This document shows positions 25,566 to 38,204 of a DNA stretch of 64,000 bases, piece after piece. A program made the translations under genes and the position numbers. Numbering within the stretch: the first letter of the stretch is position 1; each line of letters begins with the position of its first letter. The notes beneath the pieces were generated by a model. That model worked only from the letters and a program-made list of their open reading frames with translations. It made no database searches and was not told the origin of the DNA. Origin of the DNA: Mobula hypostoma (lineage: Eukaryota); NCBI RefSeq assembly GCF_963921235.1, contig NC_086124.1, positions 24,366,001-24,430,000 on the forward strand, given 5' to 3'.

Positions 25566-28414
25566 TAGGATGGTTGGATTAAGGGAGGTTTCTCTGGTGA
25601 GGGACACTAAGGTTGGGCTTGGGGATCTTGTCAGAGAGAGATGAAGAGAGAAGACGCAGGAGAGAAGAGGTTGTAGGGTTCGACCCAGAGCAAGACCGTG
25701 ATTCGACAAAACCTGGGGTGATCGATGGAGGATCACCGATGGGGAAACCGTGAAATCCAACTTGTGCACATTAGACTTTTTCACAAAAATGGGCCCTTTT
25801 CTTTTTTTTTTGTTCTTTCTTTACTAACCCTTTAGTCAAGTTAGGAATTGTAAAGCTAAATCTTTTAACTGTATGCATTGTATTGTCTGTAATTTCACAG
25901 CACTCATTTGTAACAGGGTAACAAATTACACACAAACAGGGGGTTTCGGGGTGGGCTCGTGACTTAGTCTCACACGTTTGGCGGGGCCGGAGATTGTCTT
26001 CCCTGGACTGACGAAGCCGAGGATAACAGAATCCTGTAGCTACTGTCACTTTGTGTACGTAGAATCAGTCCCTGTGTATAAGCTAATCTTGAGTATATGT
26101 GGCTGCACTCAAACTCTCACTTGTACATTCTGTTTTATAGAATTGCTTTTATATTTACTGGTCTTTTTATTGTATTGTTTTGTGCTGCATTGGACTGGAA
26201 GTAACAATAATTTTCTTTTACTTTACGCTTGTGTACTGAAGAATGATAATAAATAATATTTGGTCTTGAACTGAATTAATCTGAGCGAGTAGCCTAACAA
26301 AGGTACAGTACATGTCATCCATGCAGATCATTTCATTACAACTGTGCATTGAGGTAGTACGAGGATAAAACAATAATAGAATACAGAACAAAGAGATACA
26401 GTTTCAGAGTGTAAGTAGGTAGACAATAAGATGTAAGGCCATGGAGAGGCACACAGTGTGATCCAGAGCCCATCTTGTCATACTAGGGAACGATTCAATG
26501 GTCTTCAAACAGCAGGACAGAAACCTGCATTTGGTCCATGTCCCTCTGAACCAGGGGTTCTCAACATTGTTTTATGCCATTGACCCCTGCCATTAACAGA
26601 GGCATCTCAGAACCCCAGGAAGGGTTCTAAACCTTTCCAATCCATGTGAGAATGCTATGAAGGCTTCAAAAGCATGGCTAGGCCTGCCGTGCAATCCTCA
26701 GTCTGTGATCATCGTTCACACAAAGTGTTGCTCTGGATTTCCAGCATCCGCAGAAGCTCTTGTGTTTGTGATTGGATATGTGTTTCGATGTACATGTGAC
26801 AAGTGAGGCTAATCGTTAGATCATTTAATCTTTAATGGCCCAAAGGCCTTTTAAATGTCATAACTATACCTGCCTCAAATATTCCTCTGCCAGCTCATTC
26901 CCAATAACTACAAGACTTCGTGTGGAACAAGTTTCCCCTCAGGTCCTTTATAAGTCTTTCTTTCTCACTCTCTCACTTCTACCCAACCTGGAGAAAAAGA
27001 TTGTATTCACCTTCTCTATGTCCCCTATGACATCACAGAATATTACAGCACAGACAGACCCTTTGGTGCACAATGTTGTGCAGACCTTTAAACCTACTCC
27101 TAATCAATCTACCTCTACACTCCCACATAGAGCTCCATTTTCCTATCATTCATGTACCTATTTAAGAGTTTCTTAAAAGCCCCTAATGTATCTGCCTCTA
27201 CCACCACCCCGGTAGTGCATTCCACACACCCACCACTCTGTGTAAAAACATATCTCTGACATCTCCCCCCACCCCCATACTTCCCATCAATCACCTTAAA
27301 ATTATGCCCTCTTGTATTAGGCATTTCAGCCTTGGGAAAGAGTTTCTGGCTATCTATTTGATCTGTGCCTCTTATCATTTTACACCTCTATGAAGTCAAC
27401 TTTCATCTTATTTGCTCCAAAGAGAAAATCCCTAGCTTGCTCAAACTGTCCTCATAAGACATGCCCTCTAGAACAGACAACATCCTGTTAAATCTCATCT
27501 GCATCCTCTCTAAAGTGTCGATGTCCTTCTTATAATGAAGCAAACATAGCTGAACACAATATTCCAAGAGTGGTCTTATAAATCTCAAAAGTTTATAAGG
27601 TCACCTTTCGAACTCCTACAATTGAGAAGGTAAAGACCCAGCCTATCCAGCTTCTTATAATCTCTTGTCTTGGTAACATCCTGTTTGCACCTTATTCATT
27701 TAATAAAATTCTTCCTACAGGAAAGTAGCCAGAACTGTACATTGATTCAAGAATCAAGTGCATTTATTATCAAAGAATGTAAAAATTAAACAACATTGAG
27801 ATTTGCTTGCTCACAGGTGGCCACAAAGCAAGGAACCTGAAAGAACCTTATTAAAGAAAAAAACAACAATCAATGTGCAAGAGAAAGCAAAAAGAGGTCA
27901 TGCAGACAACAGCATTCCAAACCAAAAATGATCCTTAGATCCGAACCCTGGAGCAGCCCAAAGCCTGGCTTATCAGTTTGTCATGTTAGCGGGCATGGAG
28001 CACAGAAGCTGGGGCAGTCTTCATAGCCTCAGCACTATGGAGGTGACCTTACCAATATGCTATAACATGATATTCCATCTCCTGTACTGAACATTCTCAG
28101 TAATTCTGAGGCACTGCTTCAGAATGGAAGTGTGTCCCTTTAGAACAGAGATGAGGAGGAATTTCTTCAGCCAGAGGGTGGTGAATTTGTGAAATTCATT
28201 GTCACAAACAGCTGTGGAGGTCAAGTCATTGGGTATATTTAAAGTGGAGGTTGTTAGGTTCTTGATTAGTAATGGCATCAAAGGTTCTGGGAAGAAGACA
28301 GGAGAATGGAGTTGAGAGGGATAATGAATCAGCCATGATGGAAAGGCAGAGCAGACTCGATGGGCCGTATGATCTAATTCTGCTCCTGTGTCTTATGGTT
28401 TCTCTCCACTGCAG

Positions 28415-28689
28415 TGAAACGTTCCATCACCATAACGTTAACACAGCTGAACGTGGGAGTAAAGCCCTCAGTCCTGATGTACAGAGTGGATGGACTTTAC
28501 CTAAGGGACGTCAACACAGCGTGGCTGCGGAATGGCGAAGCCATCAAGCAGGAGATGTTCAGGAGCAGCCTTTTGCCAAACTGACACATTCCAACTCAGA
28601 CTTCATGTTCAGCGTTGACCCCAGCAGGGGGGCACCTACACTTCTCAACTGGAGCACAGGGGTGTCCTGGAGAGACTGTGCAGTTTGGG
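28415..28689 (+). pseudogene. Copy 1 Ig C1 exon, decayed
   Basis: ctgcag| VKRSITITLTQLNVGVKPSVLMYRVDGLYLRDVNTAWLRNGEAIKQEMFRSSLLPN ... TFQLRLHV ... GTYTSQLEH ... AVW G|gtgagg. 21 of the first 56 residues are identical to the copy 2 Ig exon without gaps. Both Cys are lost (TAC, TCT). Length 275 nt versus 282. Confidence 0.88.
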
Positions 28690-28774
28690 GTGAGGTCCAG
28701 AGTCTGCACCGATCACAACTACTGTATGTGCTGCTCTGGTGTTCATGGAACTACAAATAATTTTCATCCTGCAG

Positions 28775-28872
28775 CTCAAAACTCTTTCCAACACCGTGGC
28801 GATGATCTTCAGAAATAGGCCAGTTGGGACGAGCACTCGTGGCTATCTGCATTGTCCGGTGTCAGATCCCAG
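28775..28872 (+). pseudogene. Copy 1 connecting-peptide/transmembrane exon, decayed
   Basis: Follows an 85-nt intron with acceptor ttttcatcctgcag. With two 1-nt insertions removed it reads QNSSNTVAMIF(R)IG(Q)LG(R)ALVAICIVRCQIP; the bracketed polar residues are each one base from G or L. Donor decayed to gc. Confidence 0.5.
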
Positions 28873-29519
28873 GCAGAACAGTTGCCGAACCAAGTCATAA
28901 TACATCCACGTAACATGGTGCATCGATAAAACTTGGTGAGGGTACAAAGGGGGCAGACTAATTTCTTTATCTTCCAGACCACATAGAAGAGATGGTGCGC
29001 CTTCTTAGCTGCGGCGTGGAGCAGAACTTATTGATAATGTTCACTACTAAAAATTTTCAGCTCTCCACCCCGTCACCACTGCTGTAAATAGGAGTGCGTG
29101 CACCGCTCCCTTCCAGAAGTCAAGGACCAGCTCTTTTGTTCTCCCGACAGTCGGGGAGAGGTTGTTAGCGCGAATCCATGCCACTGGGCTCTCTCTTTCT
29201 TTCCTCTACTTCCTCTCATTGGTATCTGAGATCCAGCCCACTACAGTGGTCTCATCTGCAAACTTGTTGGTGGGGTTCGACCAGAATCTGGCCAGGAGGT
29301 CATGACCGTACAGGGAGAAGCGGATTAACAATGCACCTTGTGGAATTCCAGTGAAGACACCTACCTCATCTCTGGTCTCTTACACCACCTAGTGTTCAGT
29401 GACAGCACCTCTTAAAATTATCACCCATAATACAGTATCTGTGTCCCTCTGGTCCTTTATGATGCTAGTTACCTATTTGTTCACGTATTCAACTATTACC
29501 CTGAGGTTTCCGTAATACA

Positions 29520-30290
29520 CAGAATTAGGCCATTCAGTCTATCGAATCCGCGCCACCATTTCATCAAGGTTAATTTATTTTTCCAACCAACCCCATTCTC
29601 CTGCCTTCTCCCCATACCTTTGATGCCCTTACTAAACAAGAACCTATCAACCTCTCTTTAATTATACCCAATGATTTGGCCTTCACGGCCGTCTGTGGCA
29701 ATGAATTCCATCTCTGGATCAAGAAATTTCTCCTCATTTCTGTCTAAAGGCTGGACCCTTTGGACCTAGATCTCTCACTATTGGTAGCATCCTCTCTACA
29801 TTCACTGTATTTTAGGTTTCAATGAGATCTCCACTCGTTCTTCTAAACTCCAGCAAGTACAGACTCAGAGCCATTTGTTAACCCTTTCATTCCCGGGATC
29901 ATTCTCGTGAACCTCCTCTGGAGCCTGTCTAATACCATCACATCCTTTCTGAGATAAGGGTCCGAAAACTGCTCACAATACTCCAAATGTGGTCTGGCCA
30001 GTGCCTTATAAATCCTCAGCATTTCATCCTTGCTTTTACAGTCAAGCCCTCCTGAAATGAATGCCAATATTGTATTTGCCTTCCTTAGTAATGACTCAAC
30101 CTGCAAGTTAACCTTTGGGGAATCCTGCAAGAGGACTACCAAGTCCTTTTGCACCTCTGCTTCCTGAATTTTCTCCCCATTTATAAAACAGCCAACACCT
30201 TTATTCCTTCTACCAAAGTGCAAGAGCATACACATCCCTACATTGTATTCCACCTGCCACTTCTTTGCCTATTCTTCTAATCTGTCCAAG
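29520..30290 (-). mobile_element. CR1 3' fragment
   Basis: ARPHLEYCEQF...RFTRMIPGMKGL motifs and the typical 3' end. Confidence 0.8.
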
Positions 30291-30610
30291 GCACCGTTCC
30301 ATCTAAGCCGCACGGGTGCACAGCCGTGGTGTAACTGAAATGTTCCCACACACATAGCCTTTGTTGCCACGCAGCTGGAAGAAAGACAGACAAGAAAAGG
30401 TTTATGAAGCATGAAAGATTTTCTTTTTTGTACTCTATTTCATTGTACACTTCAGTTTATAAATAAAATCAAAAGTATGTGATCTTTCAATTTTCATCCT
30501 AGATATTCAATAGTATTCATACTAAAGAAAAAGATAACATTCAAAGTACCACACAGTTTTCAGGCCATGTAAAAAATTCCTGCTCAGAACAACTGTTGGT
30601 CTATGCAGCT
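30290..30610. mobile_element. hAT-type MITE end
   Basis: Reverse complement of 57400-57730, and similar to 61735-61825. Confidence 0.6.
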
Positions 30611-33600
30611 TTAAAAAAAGATAAAGGGAACATTGGTCCAAGGCCTTTTGCAGCTCCAGAAGTTGAAACAGTATGTTTCAATATCACATTTTCTTTAATA
30701 ATAAATAATTTCTTTGGTACACCTGTACACCTGCTCATTATTGCAAATATCTAATCAGCCATTCACCAGGCAGTAACTCGATGCATAAAAGCACGTAGAG
30801 ATGGTCAAGAGATTCAGTTGTTGTTTAGACCAAACATCAGAATGGGGAAGAAATGTGATCCAGGTGACTTTGAAAATGAAGTGATTGTTGGTGCCACATT
30901 TGGGTGTTTTGAGTATCTCAGAAACTGCTGACTTCCTGTAATTTTAACACACAATCATCTCTAGAGTTGACAGAGACTAGTGAAAAAATTTTTTTAAAAT
31001 CATCCAGTGAGGATCAATTCTGTGGGTGAAAAAGCTCTGTTAATGAGAGAGTTCAGAGGAGAACAGCCAGACTGGCCCACGCTGACAGTAACTTAAATAA
31101 CCATGCGTTACAACAGTGGTTGCAGAAGAGCATCCCTGAATGCACAATACATCGAACCTTGACATGGACAGGGTACAGCAGCAAGGTGACCATGAACGTA
31201 AACTCAGTGGCTACTTTATTAGGTACCAACTGTATGCTTTAATCACAGTGTACTTCCCCTTGTTCTGACTGAAACAAGTTGCAGAGATTGTTTATAGTTT
31301 ATAGATACTGTTTACAGATGGTGTTCTATAGATTTGCTAAGTATGCCCACGGATAAAGAATCTCAGGGTTGTATACGGTGACGTGTGTACTCTGATAGTG
31401 AGCTTTACTTTGAACTCTGAACTTTGAAATACCCAGTCCAAACCACATGAAACACTGGGGCAGAAAGGCTCTTCCAAATGAAGTTCAGTAGATGTTCCTC
31501 CTACTTTATTTAAATCTGTTGCATTTACCCTTCCTGTTATTCATAAGATTCACACATGAGTCATCTCATAATCTTTTCTCTGCTTAGTGTTTTACCCAGG
31601 ACCTCAGACCAGAGTCACACTGAATCCTTAGCCTGGCCAGAGGAAAATCCAGTATTTTCCACTTTTGTGTAACACACACAAAATGCCAGAAGAACTCAGC
31701 AGCTACAGGAGTTGATCCTTTGGGTCAAGACCCTTCCTAGGTCTCCCATTTTTCCAGTTTTGTAAACTTTTGGGGGTTAACCTCCCAAATGAACGATAAG
31801 TATGTGATGCTACTTTTCTACAGTTAAATTTTGTACTCATGGGTTCTCAAAGAAGAATCCGGAACATTGGTGACACATTGGATTTACAAGGAAATGAATC
31901 TCAGAGTTCTATATGGTGACATATATGTACTTTAATAATACATTTACTTTGAACCTTGAACAAGGGACATATGATAGAAAAGAAAACAGATCTTATTGAG
32001 TTAACTGCCGCTCTCCGCTCAAAAAATTATTGTTATGTGGATAATCCAGACTAGTTGGTTGTAAGGATATTTAAATGAGACTACTTCCTGGTTGAACAAA
32101 GGAACACTATCTTGAGAAATCCCCCAGGTCAGGTTCAGTGCATTTCAGTGTGCTGCAGAATATAATTTTGTGTCTTGGGCACAGAGCCAACACGAGACCT
32201 CCCATGTGAAACTTCCCCAAAGCTGAGTTAAGTTCCTCATCTCCCCAAAGAATGCACAGAATTTAAAATATGCAAATTTATGGAGGATGGAACTGGAAAT
32301 TTATGTAATATATAGTGTGGCTTGCCATCTTTCTTCCACTTCGAAATTGGTAAATTGGTTGATTATTGTTAAGTGTAGGTTTATTGTTTATTTAGTGATA
32401 AATATTTAAGAGTACACCCTTTTTCTCCTTTGAGCTGCGCCATCCAGAAACCCCATTTTAATGCTAGCCTAATCACAGGACAATTTACAAAGACCAGTTA
32501 ACCTACCAACCAGTATGTCTGGGGACTGTGGGAGGAAACCAGAGCACCCAGAGGAAACCCACATGGTCACAGGGAGAACGTACAAACTTCAAGGTGCACA
32601 TGCTGTGCATTCAAGATGCTCTTTTGCACACTGCTGTTTTAATATGTGGTGATTTGACTCACTGTTGTCTTCCTGTCAGTATGAACCAGTCTGGCCGTTC
32701 TCCTCTGACCTCTCTCATTAACAAATTGTTTACACCCACAGAACTGCCACTTTTCTTCCTCATACCATTTTTTGTAAACTCTAGAGACTTGTATGTGAAA
32801 ATCCCAGGAGATCAGCAGTTTCTGAGATACTCAAACCACCCCATCTGGCACCAACAGTCAAAGTCACTTAGATCACATTTCTTCCCCCATTCTGATGTTT
32901 AGTCTGAACAAAAACACATGCATTGAGCTGCTGTCAAATGATGGGCTGATTAGATATTTGCATTAAAGTACCTAATAAAGTGGCCCCTGAGTGAATATCA
33001 AGCATTCACTGGAAATGTGTGCAATATGTTGTGTGGCTTGTCCATGTTTCTCCCACACTGAAATTGTCATGTGACCCCAAGCACAGAATCAGGTTTATTA
33101 TCACTGACATGTGTCGTGAAAGCGATTGTTTTGCAACAGCAGAACATTGCAATGCATAAAAAATGCTATAGATTACAATACATAAATTACAATATATTAA
33201 AAATAAATAAGTAGCGAGAAAAGGGAGCAAAATAGTACTCATGAGGTTAGGGACCATTTGGAAATGTGGTGGAGGGGGAGAAGAAGCTGTTCCTAAAATG
33301 TTGAGCGTGTGCCTTCAGATCCGTGTACCTCCTCTCCGATGGTAGCAATGAGAAGAGGGTACATCCTGGGTGATGGGGTCCTTCATGACGGATGCCACCC
33401 TTTTCAGGCATTGCCTTTTGAAGATGGCCTCAAACATCTTGAAAGCAGTGGGAAATTTTGGTTTTTGCATGTCACACCGGCAAATCATTTATCACATCAG
33501 CACACTGAGATGGACAAGGGGAAAGCAATTATACAATGAAGAGTAGGGTCTTCCAGTAACAGAGAAGCACAGTGCAGGCAACAACCAGAGAGATTATGAG

Positions 33601-33647
33601 GTCCAGATTCCACCTCATCTGACTAGAGGGCCATTCAATGGCCTTAT

Positions 33648-35040
33648 TGTCTCAATGGCAGGCCATTGGGAGCAAGGGTGGACCCAAATGCAAGACACAT
33701 CTTGTGAGGTTACTTAGATTTAGTTTATTGTTTGATACCAGGAGAGCAAGGCAGGAGCAGGAGTAGCAAACTGGACAAGGACTCGGCACTACGACTAGGC
33801 TGGGACCGGGGGTCTGGGCTTGGACTCGGAATCGGCTCCCAGAACTAGAGGAGACATGAAGAGGCTAGGGTATGGACTCCGAGCCAGAGACTGGGCAAGG
33901 ACCCAGTACCTGGGTCTTGCCTTGGGCTTGGACCCCAGAACCAGGCATGGACATGACATGGGCTAGGGAGAGGAGGAACATGGAAAACAGAGCCTCGGTC
34001 TCAGGAGAGCAGGTACATGGAACCATAGACACATACACAGAACACAGAGCCGGAACCCCTCCTTGGGTACAGGACATAGGGCCGAGACTCACACACAGAA
34101 CAGAGAGCCGGGACCCCGCCTTGGGTACAGGACATAGGGCCGGGACTCATGAAACCCCGCGGGGCAACGGCAAGACGGCCTGACTTATCCCGCGGAGGCG
34201 AGGACCAGACACGACAAGACATGACCCCCCGCGGGGCAACGGCAGGACGGTCAGACTTAACCCCACGGAGGCGAGGACCAGATAAGACAAGACATGATCC
34301 CCCGCAGGGCAACAGCAAGACGGCCTAACTCACCCCACGGAGGCAAGGACAGGACAAGACCAACACGAATGAACACCAGACAGTACCTATCTAGCTCCGG
34401 TGATGGAACTAGACCGAAGTGCAGGCAGGGGCTGCAGACGAGGGCTAGAGGTGACAGGGTCAGAGCACGGATTCAGACAAGGGGGTAGGACAGGAATCAC
34501 AGACCGCCAGGGCCAGGACTTGACTCAGAACTGTGAAGCCGCCAGGGCCAGGACTCAACCTGGTGCTTGAATGCCGCCAGGGCCAGGACTCGACCTGGTG
34601 CTTGAATGCCGCCAGGGCCCGGACTCGACTTGGAGCCTCCGGGTAGTGGCGAGCTCTCTACTCGGCCCGGGAACAATAGACAGCAGTTCCTGATTCTCTC
34701 CGGCGGGTTAACTGACGGACCCACCTCGGTGAGGAAACTTTGCAGGCTCGCTTTGGCGAGGTAATTGGACAGGGTTGCTCCAGTGAGGAGAGGCAAATTA
34801 CCGGCTTATGCTTTGGCAGAGACTAGGCTTGCTCCGGCCAGATGTCATCGGCACGCCATGACTTTGCAGATGCTCCCGCACCGAACGGCTGAAAGCCGGA
34901 GACTATAAACTACTGGTTCAGCCAAGTGTTAATTGCCTCTAATCATCAAAGTCGAGGGGCACGGGACAACAGGGAATCAACGGTCCGGATCGTAAAATAA
35001 ACAAGCTAAATTTAAAGGGACCCCGATCCGGACCATGACA
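33648..35040 (-). mobile_element. LTR-like element with internal tandem repeats and 5-bp TSD
   Basis: TGTC...GACA ends; CTTAT duplicated at 33643-33647 and 35041-35045. Internal arrays at about 33990-34150, 34140-34340 and 34500-34625. Confidence 0.8.
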
Positions 35041-37494
35041 CTTATAACCAGGATGGAATCTGGCCTTGAGCCCGGTTGTGCATGCTTTCACACTTTCAGA
35101 CTTTTGCCCAATGGAGAGGGGAGAAGAGAGAATGTCTGGGCTGGGTGGGGTCCTTGGTTATGCTGGCTGTTTTGCTGAAACAGCGAGCAGTGTATGCAGG
35201 AGAAGCCGGTTTCCGCGATGTGCTGAGTTGTGGCCCGCGGTTCCACAGTTTCGTGCAGTCACGTGCAGAGCCGTTGCCCCATCAAGCCATGATGGCATTC
35301 TCTGGTGCCGCTGCATATGAGGGTGGAACGGTCACTCGAGTCGAGTATAACACTCTCCAAAGGGGTTATTCCCTTAATGGAGCACAGCTATGTGTGGCAT
35401 TGTTCGATGTGGAGATGCTGATGCACGGTCATTGACAGATTCAGTGGCTGGAGTGCAAGGCGACTGGAGACCCGTCACTGCTACAGCCGTCCCCGGCCCT
35501 CACTGTCATTGTGATGTGTCATTATCTTCCGCCAGCCCTACAACTGAGGACTTAGTTGCATCGCTCTTTGTCTGGAACTTCTCCGTTAACCTTACCACCG
35601 TGGGTGACCCTACCAGGGCCTAAGCTCCAGGCGGCATCACTCTCAGGAACTCACGAGCCTCCCCACCATGATAAGGTGACGACCTTCGAAGAGGGTCAAA
35701 AGGGACATGCTAGATTTCTTTAGCCTCCTGAGGAAACAGAGGCATTGGTGAGTGCTCTTGGCCTTGGTGTTTAGGTGGTTGGACAAGGATAGAACATTAG
35801 TGATGTTCACACCTAGGAACAGGAAGCTGTTAACCCTCTGAGCCTCAGTACCAAAGATGGAAACAAGAACATGTGCCTCTTTCCTAATGTTACTGACAAA
35901 GCCTTTTGTTCTGCTGACAGTCAGGGAGAGGCTGTCGTCACGACTCCATGCCACTAAGCTCTCTTGTATCTTCCTCTCCTCCCCCCATTGCTTTTTCAGG
36001 TTCAGCCCACTACAATGGTGTCTTCCTCAAACCTGTAGATGGAGTTAGCACAGACTGTGGCCGCACAGTTGTGAGTGTACAAGAAACAGAGAAGGAGGCT
36101 GAGGCCACAGCCTAGTGAGATTCCAGAGAAGGTAGTCACCTCATCCCTGGTTTCTTACACCACCCAGTCCATTGTCGGCAGCTCTTAAGAATTATCACCC
36201 GTAATATCTGTGCCTCTCTGCTCCTCTAAGTAGCTTAGTTACCTCTTCCTTCAAACATCTGTTGACCTTTGCAACTTTTGCCATTGGCATCTCAACGTCA
36301 CATTTCAAAGGTGCATTGAATGTCAGAGGAATGTATACAATATATACCCTGAAACTCCCTTTCTTCACAAACGTCCATGAAAACAGAGGAGTGACCCAAA
36401 GAATAAATGATGGTTAAATATTAGAACCCCAAAGCCCACCCCCAGCTCACCCCTCCCACGCATAAGCAGCAGCAAGGCAACAACCCCCCTCTCCCCCACC
36501 AGTAAAAAAGCATCAGCACCCCCCACGAAGAACTCAAGTGTGCAGCAAAGCATCAATAAAGACAGAGACTTGCAGTACCCCAAAGACTACTCGTTCACCT
36601 GGTATTCAACATACCACGGGCTCTTTCTCTCTCTCTCTCTCCCTCCCTAATAAGGGAAAAAGAGATGTCCCCATTTCACAGTGAGAGGGGAGGTATAATA
36701 AACAACAGACTTAAAATTCTGCTACGTTGCTTTTTCCGAGCTCTGTGTCCTTTCGTCTCCCACAACACACCAGGCACCGGCACTGACCTCGAGTCCACCT
36801 ACCTCCAGAGCCACCGGAATCCGGCACACCAAAGGTGCGCGAGTCTTCCAGGCCGCGTCCATGGCATATCAAAAAGCAGCCAGTCCTGAGACCCCAAGAG
36901 CGGGTCCCAATCCCGCAAAGAACCGAAGTCAGCGTGTCACTCCAGGTCAGGATCTTCAAAAGAACCCCGAAAAGGGAAAAAGAAAGAAATAGAGCTATTT
37001 CCAAAGATGCAAGCAAAGGAGTCGCCATTAGGTGCCATTGGTCTCCTGAGCGTTTGATGACACATTTAATTGACATGGAATGTCTTCAAAGATGCTACAT
37101 AAATGTAAGACACACAAACTGCCGGAGGAACCCATCAGGTCAGGCAATGTCTAGAGAGGGAAATGGACAATCAATGTCTCACACCGAGAACCTTCATCAG
37201 GACTGGAAAGGAAGGTGGGGGTTGGGGGGTGGGGGAAGCCAGAATAAGAAGGTGGGAGGAGGGGAAGGTGAACATGCTTGCAGGTGATAGGTGAGGCCAG
37301 GAGAGGGGGAAGGTGGGTGGGATAGGTTGAGGTTTTGGGATAAGAAGCTGGAAGGTGATTGGTGGAAGAGGTTAAAGCTGAAGAAGAAGGAATCTGATAG
37401 GAATGGAAAATGAAGCAACCTCACACCTTCCCCTTCATCTGGCATATCCCCATCCACCACCCACCTGTCCACCATCCAAACACCTGCTATCCCC

Positions 37495-37830
37495 TCTTAC
37501 CTGGTAGCCCCCTACCATACACACACACACAAACACCGTCCCTCTCACCTGGTATACTCCCTCCCCCTATCACCCACCTTATTGCTCAACTGGTATCCCA
37601 TCCACTCACCTTCCCCCTCACCTGCTTTCCCCTCATTCCACCTCCCCCTCGCCTGGTATTACACCCACCCACCCCCCTTCTCACCTGGCATCCCACCCAC
37701 CCTCCTCCCCTCAGCTGGTATCCCACCCACACACCTACCTCCCCCCTCACCTGGTGTCCCACCCACACACCTACCACCCCGTCACCTGTTATTACCCGAC
37801 CCCATCCACACTCCTCTCAGCTGGTATCCC
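37495..37830. repeat. Degenerate minisatellite, about 10 units of 30-40 bp (tcacctggtatcccacccac core)
   Basis: The core recurs at about 37497, 37545, 37586, 37618, 37650, 37681, 37711, 37747, 37782 and 37817. Confidence 0.75.
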
Positions 37831-37864
37831 AATCACCTTTCGTCTAGTGTTGTTGAGTCTCATT

Positions 37865-38053
37865 GAGAATAAAGCGCCAAGTGGAAACAGAAGGCGTTCC
37901 CTCCCGCCTCGCCCCGCCTGTCTGTGGCAGCGGCCGCCCATTCAGCCGGGGAAACTTCTACATCGATCGCCTCCCGTTACGGGACCTGCCGGCTGGCGAT
38001 CGGTTTGGCGCGTAGAGGCTGTGTGACCAGGTCCTCAGCCTTCGGCGAAAGGG
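37865..38053. promoter_or_regulatory. CpG-rich putative promoter of copy 2
   Basis: Dense CpG in an otherwise CpG-poor genome, a GC box (ccccgcc, about 37912), and weak ISRE-like (ggaaacagaag) and kB-like (ggggaaacttc) words directly upstream of the leader ATG. Confidence 0.5.
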
Positions 38054-38204
38054 ATGTGGGGAATGATGCCGTCTCCGCGAACCGTGAGCCAGCTGCTCCT
38101 CCCGCTGTCTCAGGAGCCGCCGGCCGGCGTGAGGCGACGCCGCTCTCCCTCTCTGCTCGCCGCCTTCCTCCTCCTCCTCCTCCTCAACGGCTCCACTGCC
38201 CTGG
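38054..38204 (+). CDS. Exon 1, signal peptide of MHC-like copy 2
   Basis: MWGMMPSPRTVSQLLLPLSQEPPAGVRRRRSPSLLAAFLLLLLLNGSTAL-G. Basic n-region and a poly-Leu core encoded by (CTC)n. Phase-1 donor G|gtgagg at 38205. Lies in a CpG-rich patch. The true start could be ATG 38054, 38063 or 38066. Confidence 0.75.

Larger units (their letters stand above)
23626..28872 (+). pseudogene. MHC-like gene copy 1 (heavily decayed paralogue of copy 2)
   Basis: Distal exon from 23915, Ig exon 28415-28689, CP/TM exon 28775-28872 and a possible leader at 23626-23729. All exons contain stops and/or indels. Confidence 0.72.

Noticed and set aside
29340-29490. Similarity with 36130-36260, suggesting a duplicated exon
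   Set aside because: Both pieces adjoin the same minus-strand non-LTR RT fragments and are most likely parts of that element.
30375-30467. Apparent last exon of copy 1 (gcag| ... AATAAA)
   Set aside because: The sequence is the reverse complement of 57400-57730 and similar to 61735-61825, so it is a dispersed transposon end.
33990-34625. Repeat arrays that superficially resemble CRISPR
   Set aside because: No unique spacers, vertebrate context, and they lie inside an LTR-like element.
35430-35570. WLECKATGDP, resembling an Ig I-set motif
   Set aside because: Upstream in-frame stop, no splice sites and no other Ig motifs.
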